From positions 1-64,000 of IMG/VR virus record IMGVR_UViG_3300009671_000009: a stretch of DNA of 64,000 bases. One strand, given 5' to 3'. Shown here piece by piece: positions 46,128 through 56,363 of this stretch. Below the pieces are notes generated by a model. It saw only the letters and a list, made by a program, of their open reading frames with translations. It had not been told where the DNA came from and made no database searches. The translations under genes and the position numbers were made by a program. The DNA is from a virus (Duplodnaviria; Caudoviricetes). Numbering within the stretch: position 1 is the first letter of the stretch; the number at the start of each line of letters is the position of its first letter.

Positions 46128-46582
46128 ATGATTCACTATCTAATTGGTGATACTACCCAACCCATTGGAGCTGAGCATAAATACATAGTACATATTGTCA
46201 ATGACATCGGCGCATGAGGCAAAGGTTTTGTTCTCGCCCTTTCAAAAAGATGGGCTAACCCAGAACAAGCCTACCGACGTGACTGGAAGTCGTATAGTCT
46301 CGGTCAAGTACAGCCTGTTTCTATTCCTGGTACTGATATAATTGTATGGAATATGTTTGCTCAGCACGGTATTTATACATACAAAGACCTACCACCAATT
46401 AGATATGTTGCCTTAGAAGCATGCCTAAATGTGGTCGTTTTCCAGATACAACAGTACATATGCCTCGTATCGGATGTGGGTTGGCTGGCGACGACTGGAA
46501 ACGTGTTGAAGAGATTATCAATAGCACTTTAGTAGCTAAGTGTATCGAGGTGTATGTGTATGACCTACCAAAAAAATATTAG
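46128..46582 (+). pseudogene. macrodomain (Appr-1-p processing, TARG1/DarG-like) pseudogene
   Basis: HIVNDIGA*GKGFV...NMFAQ...PIRY; frameshift; MPRIGCGLAG.DW..VE.II. Confidence 0.85.
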
Positions 46583-46732
46583 TAGAATCCTATACAAGAT
46601 TGCTCGTGGTACTAGAGCTGCAGAAGTCATCTCCACAGGCGATCCTAAAAAGATAGGAAAATACATTAAGAATGTTGCTCTTAGCAGCATAATTTGGAAC
46701 ATCATCAGAAGACTTAAGTAGGAGGAGACCTA

Positions 46733-47104
46733 ATGTATATTTTTCAGCAGCTACAGAAGTATGTTGAAGAACACGGATTAGAATTTACCGTAAGCCCAAA
46801 AGTTGCAGAGAAAAAAATCTTCGAAGAGATTGTTGTCGGAGGAAAAATAACAGACATAGTTCCAGACTTTTTACATATGGAACTAGGCCATAACTTTATT
46901 CAGATTGACGACGACATTTCCACAACAAGTCTTTATGTCATAAAGAGAATTTGTGATGAATACAGTGACATATTAGTTAAAGGCAACATTATTTTAGCAA
47001 AAGGGTATGTAATTGAAAAAAGAATTGAGGGAACCAAAACTGTTTCACGTCATGTTGCGGTTAACTCTATAGATGTGGTACGTGTAGTAAGTTCAACACA
47101 ATAA
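46733..47104 (+). CDS. stand-alone OB-fold protein (resembles the DnaE OB domain)
   Basis: VGGKITDI...FIQIDD...ILVKGNIILAKG.V. Confidence 0.55.
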   Translation: MYIFQQLQKYVEEHGLEFTVSPKVAEKKIFEEIVVGGKITDIVPDFLHMELGHNFIQIDDDISTTSLYVIKRICDEYSDILVKGNIILAKGYVIEKRIEGTKTVSRHVAVNSIDVVRVVSSTQ

Positions 47105-47115
47105 CAGTAGGAGGT

Positions 47116-47397
47116 GTGCAAATGAGCAAAAAGAAAAATCAAGCTATAGTTACACTAGAACCTCATATAAGGTCTGCCGATGAGGTACTTGACGCTGCAA
47201 TTAAACGGTATAATATTGCTATTAATCATTTTAATTCTATTCCTAATGAACCTAAGCTAGTGGACTTGGCTTCATATGAACTTAATCAAGCCATTAATGA
47301 CATCCAGCTTGCTGTTGCCAAAGCAAAGGTCAGAGATGGTGACGAAGTAAAATCACGAATAATTAATTTCAATCAAAGCCATTTTCTGCCAACATAA
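47116..47397 (+). CDS. YaaL/DUF2508-like protein
   Basis: A.NHFN....EPKLVD.A.YEL..A. Confidence 0.55.
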   Translation: MQMSKKKNQAIVTLEPHIRSADEVLDAAIKRYNIAINHFNSIPNEPKLVDLASYELNQAINDIQLAVAKAKVRDGDEVKSRIINFNQSHFLPT

Positions 47398-47412
47398 AGG
47401 AGGGAATTACAC

Positions 47413-48138
47413 TTGGAAACTGAAAAAACTTTTCAAATAGTGGGCAAAGAATTTATCGTAGGTGGAGATATATTAAAAGTAAGGTTTTCGTTCTCCTATG
47501 GAGAAACGCCATATCTTAGAGTGCAAGTTATTAACATGGATGAAAACCTACGGGGAGCAGGAAGGTTACTTATGCACTCTGAACGTGATGAAACGTATTG
47601 TATTGCTTCTAATGCAAGTCCCGAGCTACGAGATAAAGAACTATTCTTGCCAGGTAGAAACAAAGAATGGGATGATAACTGTGTAAGCTTTACATATGCA
47701 AACATTGAAAAAAGGAATATTGCTCTCAATGCATTTGTTAATATGGTTAAAGCTATGAATGTCTGTGCGGCACCTATTGTTACTAAGATTAAAGACATGA
47801 CTACAGTTGAGGTCGGTGGCCCTAAACTAAGAGTTACATTTAGGTATTCCGACAACGACGAAATCTTAGTTGTTACTATCAATGAGCAAGATAATGATCT
47901 ACGGAATAATCTTGAAATAGAATACAATGGTTATCTATTAACTTCATGTAGCACTCCAGAAATTAATGGAGGAAATACACTATACGTCCGTGGTGACGAC
48001 AGAAGACGAGATCGAGATGAACCACGGTATCGTTATGGAAGTACGGAAAGAAGGCAAAACGCCGTTGACGCCTTCAAAAAATTAATTATGGAAGTCAATT
48101 ATCCATGGTTAAAGGCAGTTACCCTTGACAATCAATAA
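47413..48138 (+). CDS. hypothetical protein with a tandemly duplicated domain
   Basis: two copies of LRV.F.YS...SPEL/TPEI...L...G...R..A..AF. Confidence 0.7.
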   Translation: METEKTFQIVGKEFIVGGDILKVRFSFSYGETPYLRVQVINMDENLRGAGRLLMHSERDETYCIASNASPELRDKELFLPGRNKEWDDNCVSFTYANIEKRNIALNAFVNMVKAMNVCAAPIVTKIKDMTTVEVGGPKLRVTFRYSDNDEILVVTINEQDNDLRNNLEIEYNGYLLTSCSTPEINGGNTLYVRGDDRRRDRDEPRYRYGSTERRQNAVDAFKKLIMEVNYPWLKAVTLDNQ

Positions 48139-48189
48139 GAGAGCTTAAAAAGAGAGCTTAACTAGCTCTCTTTTTATTTTCATTAAGAT

Positions 48190-49752
48190 TTGGAGGTGTT
48201 GAATAGAATGGATAAAAAGTACTGGGAATATGCAGCAGAACTCATTAGAGCAGCAACAGGATTGAGGAGCGTTGACAAGGCAGTCGACGAACTGAAAAAG
48301 CGGTGGAAATTAAACAAAGGATATCTTGAACCATTCTTTGATGACAACGGACAAAGAGTTGTTATCATGGAGGAGGGAGAAATATCCCCTCACTGTCTTG
48401 AACAAGCTATTAATGAGATGCAAAGGATCGCTGCAGTTATCGCTAACAATAATCCCAAGTACCAAGGAAAGATCTACAGCGATGGTCGCTGTATAGCCAA
48501 CTATCTTGCTACACTGCTTACCACTAATCAGATAAGCCCAAAAGAGTTTATGAAAAATACTCTTGGCTGTGGACACAGGATACCTGGGCAACCAAAGTAT
48601 TTCCAAGAAGGTACAAAAGTTACAAAATTCATAGCTGCTGACCTTGCATATAACGATAGCAAATACAATGGCTATGGCAGGCTAAGCCAATACAGCGTCA
48701 CGGATGCTGAATTACTCACGAGCTTTGCACTAGATGTTAGTTCCCAGATCATGGGGATTCTTCGGGTTGGCAACGATAGGGTCATCTTATCGATCAATCC
48801 TGTAGATTTTCTCATGACTAGCTTGCATAGCAGCTGGTCGAGTTGCCACAACCTCTACGATGGCGATTGGAGAACTGCTTCGTTCTCTTTCATTTGTGAT
48901 TCAGTATCAGCTATTGCGTATGCTACACAACAAGAGCCTTCTAGAGTAGACGACGTGAATTTCTTATGGCCCAAAAAGAATTGGCGTCAAATGGTCTACT
49001 TTGACAAAGATTTCATGGCTGCCTTCCAAGGAAAAGAATACCCAAACCGCATATGGGGTTACTCGGAAGCCATTCGTCCTGAGATCGCAGATGTGTTAGC
49101 TAAGATCTGCGGTGCTACCTCATCTGATTTCCATTTTATTAGTTACGACACTAGAAGGGATGGAAGCGATGAATTTGCATCTTATGGTGCGGAGAAAGAT
49201 GTAGACCGTAGCTATATCCGTGGAGTCGAAGGAACCGAATGGATGTCTTGTGATTCGCCATGTCTTATTTTAAGACTTAAAGATGGTGGACGATATCCGA
49301 CAAGGTATCTTGAAGTATCATCTAATGAAATACCTTGTGCAAAATGTGGGCAATCAAGATATGACTACGAATCACCAACGTTGGTTTGTGATGATTGTGA
49401 GGGCTATCATTGTTGTTGCTGTGATGACCGCATCGAGGATTGGTGCTTAGTAGATGGCAGATACTATTGTTCGTGCTGCTACGAAGATAAGTTTGCATCA
49501 TGCGAAGTCTGCGACACCACAGATATTGCGATAGACGAGCTTGATGAACTAACTGTGTACGATTGTGGCAGACGGTTAGGACTGTTAGTTTGCGAACACT
49601 GCAAGAAGCACGAGCTAACTAGATGTAACGACTGCGGTGACTATATCTACAAAAGCGACGTTAAATGCCTTGAGGGTAATGAATATTGTCCTGATTGTTT
49701 CCACGAGAAAATGTCAGAGCTAGAAGAGGAAGAAGAAGAAATTCCATTCTAA
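48190..49752 (+). CDS. hypothetical protein with C-terminal CxxC repeats (paralog of 56364)
   Basis: shared NPVD..S..W.SCH...G..RT, WP.K.WRQM, EYPN. Confidence 0.8.
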   Translation: MEVLNRMDKKYWEYAAELIRAATGLRSVDKAVDELKKRWKLNKGYLEPFFDDNGQRVVIMEEGEISPHCLEQAINEMQRIAAVIANNNPKYQGKIYSDGRCIANYLATLLTTNQISPKEFMKNTLGCGHRIPGQPKYFQEGTKVTKFIAADLAYNDSKYNGYGRLSQYSVTDAELLTSFALDVSSQIMGILRVGNDRVILSINPVDFLMTSLHSSWSSCHNLYDGDWRTASFSFICDSVSAIAYATQQEPSRVDDVNFLWPKKNWRQMVYFDKDFMAAFQGKEYPNRIWGYSEAIRPEIADVLAKICGATSSDFHFISYDTRRDGSDEFASYGAEKDVDRSYIRGVEGTEWMSCDSPCLILRLKDGGRYPTRYLEVSSNEIPCAKCGQSRYDYESPTLVCDDCEGYHCCCCDDRIEDWCLVDGRYYCSCCYEDKFASCEVCDTTDIAIDELDELTVYDCGRRLGLLVCEHCKKHELTRCNDCGDYIYKSDVKCLEGNEYCPDCFHEKMSELEEEEEEIPF

Positions 49753-49834
49753 AAGTATAGGCCCCCGTTATGGGGGTCTATATTGTTGTTGCAAAATTAT
49801 ACTAAATATGCTACGATAAGGGAGGAGGACACAA

Positions 49835-50869
49835 ATGAAATCAGCTACTGAAATTCTGAAGATAACAGAACCAGGAGAACTGTTCTCAAATCCTGATGAT
49901 ATTCGTAGTGAATATAGAGATTTAGCTAGATCATATCACCCAGATCTAAACAGCGGATCTAAAGAAGCTCAGGAAGTGATGACTCACATAAATAAACTCT
50001 ATCAAAAAGGGTTAACAATGATAGATTCTGGCAACTGGGTCACTCCTAATCTTATCAGAGTCCGTTGTAAAGATGGTAAGGTACGGGAGATTCATTACCA
50101 AGCATGCTATCCATTTGAACTCGGTATGATGTATATCTCTAACAGAATCGTTGCTTATTTTGTCGAGTCTAAGCATAAAAGCCTTTTTGATAATGCTAAG
50201 AAAATTATCAGTAATTTTAGATATGCTAACGACAAAATGAAACAAGAAGTGTCCAAATACTTACCTAGCATAATTGATTCCTTCGAAACTAATGAAGGAA
50301 AACTAGTAATGGTCATTGGAAAGACGGCAGATGTCTTACTGCTTAAAGATGTACTAAAATGGCATAAAGGACAGCTATCGGATAGACATGTAGCGTGGAT
50401 CCAAAGTACTTTACACAATCTAGCATGCTATATAGACTATGTAAAGCTATCACACAATGCAATATCTGCTGATACTTATTTTATTTCGCCTGAGCACCAT
50501 AGTGGATTACTGCTAGGTGGATGGTGGTATTGCGTACCACAGGGCAACAAAATGATTTCTGTTCCTTCGGCCACTTATGCTGTGATGCCGCCAAGTATTA
50601 AACGCGATAAAATTGGCAGTATCCAAACCGATATGGAACTTATCCGCGCACTAGGACGCGAGCTCCTTGGCGACCGTAATGGGACTCGCCTTTCAGATAT
50701 AAAAGCAGCACCAGAGCCTATGATAAACTGGTTAAGAGGGGCTACTTCAGACAAAGCTGTATCTGATTATACTACATGGCGCAAAGTACTTGATGACAGT
50801 TTCGGATCAAGGAAATTCGTTGAGATGAAACTAACAGCCGACATGCTATATACGAAAGGAGGTTGTTAA
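49835..50869 (+). CDS. J-domain protein fused to a kinase-like domain
   Basis: YRDLARSYHPD; H..I....YFI.P..H...LLGGWWY. Confidence 0.75.
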   Translation: MKSATEILKITEPGELFSNPDDIRSEYRDLARSYHPDLNSGSKEAQEVMTHINKLYQKGLTMIDSGNWVTPNLIRVRCKDGKVREIHYQACYPFELGMMYISNRIVAYFVESKHKSLFDNAKKIISNFRYANDKMKQEVSKYLPSIIDSFETNEGKLVMVIGKTADVLLLKDVLKWHKGQLSDRHVAWIQSTLHNLACYIDYVKLSHNAISADTYFISPEHHSGLLLGGWWYCVPQGNKMISVPSATYAVMPPSIKRDKIGSIQTDMELIRALGRELLGDRNGTRLSDIKAAPEPMINWLRGATSDKAVSDYTTWRKVLDDSFGSRKFVEMKLTADMLYTKGGC

Positions 50870-50871
50870 GA

Positions 50872-51000
50872 ATGGGTTTAGGTGGAGATCAAGTTAATTG
50901 GGCTGATTACACAGCTGAGAACACTGCTACAAAGTCCGAGGAAGTTGTTGCTGAAGCTACTGAAACTGTTGAGGCAACTGAAGACAAAAAAGAAGGATAA
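50872..51000 (+). CDS. 42-aa acidic peptide
   Basis: AAAGGAGG RBS; MGLGGDQVNWADYTAEN...KKEG. Confidence 0.6.
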   Translation: MGLGGDQVNWADYTAENTATKSEEVVAEATETVEATEDKKEG

Positions 51001-51012
51001 GGAGGGATTACT

Positions 51013-51939
51013 TTGGGTTCAGGACGATGGTCAGATTCAGACTGGGCCAGCTATTCAACTACACACGTTAAAAGCGCTAGAACGGTTGACGACATTTATA
51101 AATCACGTGGCCTTGCGACAGAACTAGATCCATCAGGTGTCAAGATTCGTGAATCTTGCGATTCAGAAGACAATCCAAATTCGAACGCAATCATTGTAGC
51201 TCTTGATGTAACTGGATCAATGGGTATGGTATTGGATACTGTAGCCCGTGAAGGCCTGTCAACTCTAGCTACTGAGATCTATGATCGTAAACCGATTACG
51301 GATCCGCACATTATGTTTATGGGCATTGGCGACTGCCACGCACACGACAGAGCTCCGCTTCAGATAACCCAATTTGAAGCAGATATTCGTATCGCCGAGC
51401 AGTTAACAAAACTATACTTGGAACGGGGCGGCGGGGGCAATGACTATGAGTCTTATGCGCTTGCTTGGTACTTTGCTGCAATGCATACACGGATTGACTG
51501 CTTTGAGAAACGTCAAAAGAAAGGTTATTTATTCACCATTGGTGATGAGGAACCGACGCCGTATCTGTCAGCTGCCGACATCGAGAGAGTCCTTGGCTAT
51601 AAACCACAGCAAGACAGGTTTTCAACTCAAGATCTATATACAATGGCGTCTCGATACTACAATGTTTACCACTTAATGGTCGAAGAAGGCAGCCATTTCA
51701 GAACTGATCCAGACGGTGTTGTCCGTGCTTGGACAGACGTCTTAGGTCAAAACGCTATCAGGCTTGCCGATCATACAAAAGTGGCCGAGGTTATTGTATC
51801 AATTATCCAGGTCGCAGAAGGAGCCGACAATAAAGATGTATCGGCCAGCTGGGACGGAAGCACTGGCCTTGTAGTAGCGAAAGCTATCAATGGTCTTGCT
51901 AAAACAGCTGTTGATGACAACGGAATAGTTGTATTATAA
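51013..51939 (+). CDS. vWA-domain protein
   Basis: DVTGSM, GGGGN..ESY, FTIGDE (MIDAS). Confidence 0.85.
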   Translation: MGSGRWSDSDWASYSTTHVKSARTVDDIYKSRGLATELDPSGVKIRESCDSEDNPNSNAIIVALDVTGSMGMVLDTVAREGLSTLATEIYDRKPITDPHIMFMGIGDCHAHDRAPLQITQFEADIRIAEQLTKLYLERGGGGNDYESYALAWYFAAMHTRIDCFEKRQKKGYLFTIGDEEPTPYLSAADIERVLGYKPQQDRFSTQDLYTMASRYYNVYHLMVEEGSHFRTDPDGVVRAWTDVLGQNAIRLADHTKVAEVIVSIIQVAEGADNKDVSASWDGSTGLVVAKAINGLAKTAVDDNGIVVL

Positions 51940-51993
51940 TTTGAAGGGCGGCTAAACCCCGCCCTTATTTTGTGAAATAAAGGAGGGCACACC

Positions 51994-53202
51994 ATGAGTA
52001 TTAAAGTTGTAATCGGAGCAAACTTCGGTGACGAAGGAAAAGGTTTGATGACTGATTATTTTGCATCACGTACCAATAAAGGGATAGTCGTACGTTTCAA
52101 TGGTGGTGCCCAAGCAGGACACACTGTAGTATTGCCAGATGGACATCGACATGTCTTTGGACACTTTGGATCTGGAACCCTGCAGGGATTGCCTACCTAT
52201 CTTAGCAAACATTTTGTAGTTAATCCTATGATTTTTTGTAAGGAACTTGATAGGCTACAAACAAAGATGAGTGTGCTACCTAATGTCTATATTGATCTAA
52301 GGTCTGCAGTAACTACACCATATGACATAATGTTAAATCAAATGGTTGAAAAATTGCGCGGCAATAACAAACATGGTAGTTGTGGTCTCGGCTTTAATGA
52401 GACAATAGTCCGCCAGGACTGGGTTCCTTTAACAGTCAGAGATCTGTGCGACTTTAAAAATTTAGTACAAACACTGAACATAATAAGGAACCACTATTTA
52501 CCGATACGGCTACAACAATTAGGAATTAAGTCTATTCCGTCAGAGTTTGAAACACTTATCGGTAATGATAATGTAGCTATTCGCTACATTCAGGACATCG
52601 AAAGGATGTTTGAGTTCACCCAACTAGGAGACCAGGATATTCTTAAGAACTTTGACGATATAGTGTTCGAAGGAGCTCAAGGATTAATGCTTCATCAGAG
52701 ACATGGATTCTTCCCTTATGTTACAAGATCAAACACGGGAATTGAAAACGTAATAGAAGTTCTCGAAGAGGCAAGCTTAATCCAACCGATGGAGGTATGT
52801 TACGTTACACGTGCATATCTTACTCGGCATGGAGCTGGCCCATTTCTAACCGAAATTCCTGTCAAGCCATATAAAAGAATCATTGATCTAACCAATGTTC
52901 CAAATCCATATCAAGGCACTCTGAGATTCGGTCTATTAGATATTGATATCTTGGAACAAACAATTTCTAACGATTTGTTACTTGCAAGTGCATATAATAA
53001 TTTTATTAGTCCCAGTCTCGCAGTGACATGTGTAGATCAGCTTGATGATCGAGCTCATTTCTACTGGAATACTGAACTCAAGGACTATCATATTTATGAT
53101 TTTCTTGAAGTTTTATTCTCTATACCACGAATCAAAAATGGTTATATCAGTAAAGGTATGACCAGAGAAACTATCAGGTGCTCCAATTTACTATGGGGGT
53201 GA
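51994..53202 (+). CDS. purA: adenylosuccinate synthetase-like protein (divergent)
   Basis: GANFGDEGKG, GGAQAGHT, FEGAQG, PYVT.S, TRHGAGP. Confidence 0.85.
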   Translation: MSIKVVIGANFGDEGKGLMTDYFASRTNKGIVVRFNGGAQAGHTVVLPDGHRHVFGHFGSGTLQGLPTYLSKHFVVNPMIFCKELDRLQTKMSVLPNVYIDLRSAVTTPYDIMLNQMVEKLRGNNKHGSCGLGFNETIVRQDWVPLTVRDLCDFKNLVQTLNIIRNHYLPIRLQQLGIKSIPSEFETLIGNDNVAIRYIQDIERMFEFTQLGDQDILKNFDDIVFEGAQGLMLHQRHGFFPYVTRSNTGIENVIEVLEEASLIQPMEVCYVTRAYLTRHGAGPFLTEIPVKPYKRIIDLTNVPNPYQGTLRFGLLDIDILEQTISNDLLLASAYNNFISPSLAVTCVDQLDDRAHFYWNTELKDYHIYDFLEVLFSIPRIKNGYISKGMTRETIRCSNLLWG

Positions 53203-53567
53203 GACACATGACCAGAGAAGATTTTATTGGCAAGACTATCAAAGATATCAGAACCGACAATACTATAATTGGCGACAAATTTAGAGAGGGTTTTGATATA
53301 AACAAAGTGGATCTTTCTGATAACGAAAAAGGGCCATATGTGCGCTGGAAGCTAGAGGAAGAAGGAAGCTTTGCGATATTGTATAGTTGTGATACAGGAT
53401 TCGTTATTTGCTTCAAAGACGAAGAGCCAACTTTAATCTTCCATGTTTACGAGTTGCAATACATTAATTTGAATGCAAAACGTGGACGAGTAACAGCGTC
53501 AGGTCATGAAACTACACATGAATACTGGTTCGATGACAACGAATACTCACGGAGCTATACTAGGTAG
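53178..53567 (+). CDS. hypothetical protein (start probably 53208)
   Basis: ORF, RBS. Confidence 0.6.
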   Translation: MLQFTMGVRHMTREDFIGKTIKDIRTDNTIIGDKFREGFDINKVDLSDNEKGPYVRWKLEEEGSFAILYSCDTGFVICFKDEEPTLIFHVYELQYINLNAKRGRVTASGHETTHEYWFDDNEYSRSYTR

Positions 53568-53576
53568 GAGGAACAG

Positions 53577-53810
53577 ATGAAAATAGATACCCCACATACA
53601 TTTGAAGATGGCGATCTTCAAGGCAAATATTTAATCTGTATCTCCGACAAATACGGAAATTTCACCAAGGGACGCGAATATCCCGTGATGACTCCGTACA
53701 TACGTATCTCTGATAATAAACCTGCGGAGTATAGGATACCAGATAACGACTGGGATTACTATACTATAGGAAAATGGGATATAGGAACCCTGTTTGAATT
53801 GCGGGTGTAG
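53577..53810 (+). CDS. hypothetical protein
   Basis: AGGAGG RBS. Confidence 0.6.
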   Translation: MKIDTPHTFEDGDLQGKYLICISDKYGNFTKGREYPVMTPYIRISDNKPAEYRIPDNDWDYYTIGKWDIGTLFELRV

Positions 53811-53878
53811 CTCAACTGGACTAGAGTGCTGCCTTGCCAAGGCAGAAGTTGTGGGTTCAAGCCCCATTACCCGCTCCA
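53801..53878 (+). tRNA. tRNA-Gly(GCC)
   Basis: CTGCC-TTGCCAA-GGCAG; T discriminator, CCA. Confidence 0.93.
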
Positions 53879-53904
53879 AAATATATAATAATGAGGTGAC
53901 TCAG

Positions 53905-54366
53905 GTGCCAACAATATTACTTGAGAAATTAAAATCTGATTGGATTGAGGCCAGGAAAGCTGGCGCAGCAGGCTGTTCTCTTTCTCTGCGCAAGGGAATT
54001 ATTTTAGGTGGAATTATTTCTGATATTAACTTATCTGCAAAAAATTCAAAACAGGAAGCCTCTGATGAAGACGTACTTAAAGTAGTCAAACAAAGCTACC
54101 GAGGAGTCACAGAAGCTAAGGAGAAAGCAACTCAAGCCAATGCAACGCCCGAGCAGATTGATAGTTATGACTTTACTTTATCTTGCCTAAAACCATACAT
54201 GCCTGCTGAGATCTCCAGGGAAACTACAGAGAGTTCTGTTATGGCAGCTATCAACGGAGGAGCAAAGAACGTTGGAGACATAATGAAATACATCAAGGCC
54301 AACAATCTTCCTGCTGATATGAAAACGGCTAGTCAGATAGCTAAAGAAGTTCTAACATATTTATAA
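53905..54366 (+). CDS. GatB/YqeY domain protein
   Basis: L.SD...ARKA...DEDVLKVV...L.PYMP...GDIMK. Confidence 0.75.
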   Translation: MPTILLEKLKSDWIEARKAGAAGCSLSLRKGIILGGIISDINLSAKNSKQEASDEDVLKVVKQSYRGVTEAKEKATQANATPEQIDSYDFTLSCLKPYMPAEISRETTESSVMAAINGGAKNVGDIMKYIKANNLPADMKTASQIAKEVLTYL

Positions 54367-54382
54367 ATAAGGGCGTGAGAAA

Positions 54383-54667
54383 ATGGGCTGGTTGACATTT
54401 TGTCTCAACTTAATAATTATGTATCTCGGTATTGCAACCACCAGCCTTCTCAACACCAAGCCTTTTGTTAGTACAATTATAGGTTTTCTCTACGGAGTAG
54501 TTTTTTGTCTTACGGATAATTTAATAACCAAACATATCCAAAGAACAGGAAGACCTATACTGAGACGGAAGAGCTGTGCCAATTGTAAGTTATTATGGAA
54601 GCCTTGCAAAGGTTGCACTGCTAGATTTGAGAACTGGAAAATGAATAAGGATAAGTATTACGCTTAG
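54383..54667 (+). CDS. membrane protein with Cys cluster
   Basis: two hydrophobic helices; CANC...CKGC. Confidence 0.55.
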   Translation: MGWLTFCLNLIIMYLGIATTSLLNTKPFVSTIIGFLYGVVFCLTDNLITKHIQRTGRPILRRKSCANCKLLWKPCKGCTARFENWKMNKDKYYA

Positions 54668-54678
54668 CTCCATCTTAA

Positions 54679-54754
54679 GCTGGTGTAGCTCAACAGGCAG
54701 AGCAGCGGTATTGTAAACCGACGGTTGAGGGTTCGATTCCTTTCACCAGCTCCA
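54679..54754 (+). tRNA. tRNA-Thr(TGT)
   Basis: loop ATTGTAA; cloverleaf; CCA. Confidence 0.9.
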
Positions 54755-54776
54755 CTATATTTCTGGAGGGATAATA

Positions 54777-54971
54777 ATGGGACAAACCAGGATCGCACAC
54801 GATAAATGTAATGCATGCCATTTGTGCTCATTAATGTTTCCGAAAACATTCAAGTGGGAAAACGATACTCTAATATTAGCTAAGCCTGAAGAACAGCTTA
54901 CAAGGGAAGACGACGACGCCATTGGATATATGATAGAGTATTGCCCTCGCGGAGCACTTTCTTGGAATTAA
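54777..54971 (+). CDS. ferredoxin
   Basis: CNACHLC...CPRGAL. Confidence 0.75.
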   Translation: MGQTRIAHDKCNACHLCSLMFPKTFKWENDTLILAKPEEQLTREDDDAIGYMIEYCPRGALSWN

Positions 54972-54977
54972 ATTAAC

Positions 54978-55071
54978 TGGGGAGTCGCCAAGCTGGCAAG
55001 GCATCGGACTTTGACCCCGACAAGTGTTGCGATAAGCTTCCACGGAGGTTCGAATCCTCCCTCCCCAGCCA
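54978..55071 (+). tRNA. tRNA-Gln(TTG) with long variable arm
   Basis: T1-A72, loop CTTTGAC, 23-nt variable region, G-CCA. Confidence 0.85.
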
Positions 55072-55089
55072 ATAAATAAGGAGTTTGAC

Positions 55090-55308
55090 ATGTTTGTACA
55101 ATGCAATCTGCAGAAAGGGAATGTTACAGAAGTAAGCTGGATTCCCGAACGATACGCAGTAATAGGAAAATTTCTTAAAATTAAAAATAGCAAAGATGAG
55201 TGGGAAGATGGATGGCAAGTAACAGCAACATTCGGTAAAAGATTAGAGACGGAAGTTATAGCTGCCAGCCAATTCTATCGCCATCATAGAGAAGCAACTG
55301 ATATTTAA
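55090..55308 (+). CDS. hypothetical protein
   Basis: AAGGAG RBS. Confidence 0.65.
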   Translation: MFVQCNLQKGNVTEVSWIPERYAVIGKFLKIKNSKDEWEDGWQVTATFGKRLETEVIAASQFYRHHREATDI

Positions 55309-55322
55309 GGAGAATTAAATTA

Positions 55323-55532
55323 ATGACATACATCTACGATTGTGAAAAGTGTGGCAAGTTTGAAGCTCATCAAAGCATTAAAGATCCAGCTTTCTCTGTG
55401 TGTCCAGTGTGCGGATCACCAGTCAGGCGCATTATCACAGGTGGAACAGGAGTAATCTATAAGTGCGGAGGATTCTATAGCAAGCCTTTACACTTTAATA
55501 CTGACAACGTAAGTGAACCCAAGAGTATTTAA
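55323..55532 (+). CDS. FmdB-family zinc ribbon protein
   Basis: Y.YDCEKCG.FE..QSI....CPVCG...RII...YK.GGFY. Confidence 0.8.
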   Translation: MTYIYDCEKCGKFEAHQSIKDPAFSVCPVCGSPVRRIITGGTGVIYKCGGFYSKPLHFNTDNVSEPKSI

Positions 55533-55777
55533 ATTTACCCTCCCCATGGAGGGTTTTAAATTTATAGGAGGTGTTGACATGAAAACTATGGAAGTGTTAC
55601 AGAAAGAAGCAGCAGACGCTCACAAACTACTCGACAATCTAGGAATATCAAAAAAAGATAAAGCTGACCAAGAGTATGCTTTAAGTTTTCGCATACATCT
55701 TCTGATACACAAAATTAAACAAAGCTCACTGAGCTGATCTACGGCCAAGATAAATTCTTGGCTGTTTTTGTGATCTT

Positions 55778-56290
55778 ATGGAGGTGATTATGATGGCTGA
55801 AACCAAAGAAATGGAAGACGGAGTTTTACAGACATTAGGCGAAACAGATATCGACTCAGCTATCCATGTCAAGATGGATCTTAGTCTTATATTCGACGGC
55901 ATAGGCCCAATCGGTCTTCGCCATATCGCTAACAAGATAGCGGAACTAATATTAAAGCATGCCGACGATCATCTAATACCAAAGTATAATCGGTCTGAAA
56001 TCATAGGAGTTAAGGTATGTTTTAATAAGAACGATGCTTACGGCGAGGAACCAAAAGATACCCCCGTTGTACCATCAAAATACTCTATTAGTTTTGATAC
56101 TGTTAATTGGGATCAATACACCGCCAACCATACTACCTATGTTCCGAATCCTGATATAAGACGCGTGTTCGAGGCTTATTTCGGAGATCATTTGATCGGA
56201 AGAGCCGCAGCACCAGTATTCAATCATCTAGATATAGCAGAAGTAGTACCGCCAAACGTTCTTGAAACAGAGGATGAAAATTCATTTTAA
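55778..56290 (+). CDS. hypothetical protein
   Basis: GGAGGTG RBS. Confidence 0.65.
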   Translation: MEVIMMAETKEMEDGVLQTLGETDIDSAIHVKMDLSLIFDGIGPIGLRHIANKIAELILKHADDHLIPKYNRSEIIGVKVCFNKNDAYGEEPKDTPVVPSKYSISFDTVNWDQYTANHTTYVPNPDIRRVFEAYFGDHLIGRAAAPVFNHLDIAEVVPPNVLETEDENSF

Positions 56291-56291
56291 G

Positions 56292-56320
56292 TTGCAATTA
56301 CTTTCTAGTTATGATATAAT
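56292..56320 (+). promoter_or_regulatory. sigma-A/70 promoter
   Basis: TTGCAA-17-TATAAT, extended TG. Confidence 0.7.
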
Positions 56321-56363
56321 ATTCAATGTTATACAATGTTTTCTAAAGGGGGTTTAAAGCATT

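Noticed and set aside
36709-46582. Stop-codon reassignment suggested by in-frame TAA (HNH) and TGA (macrodomain)
   Set aside because: Both genes also carry frameshifts, and long conserved genes are intact in the standard code and end with TAA, TAG or TGA.
50882-51127. 81-aa ORF from the track
   Set aside because: The RBS supports ATG 50872 in another frame (42-aa acidic peptide), and this ORF overlaps the vWA gene.
51994-53202. PurZ (2-aminoadenine, Z-genome) synthase
   Set aside because: It keeps the PurA-type Asp in GDEGKG rather than the Ser typical of PurZ, and no DatZ or MazZ partner is visible.
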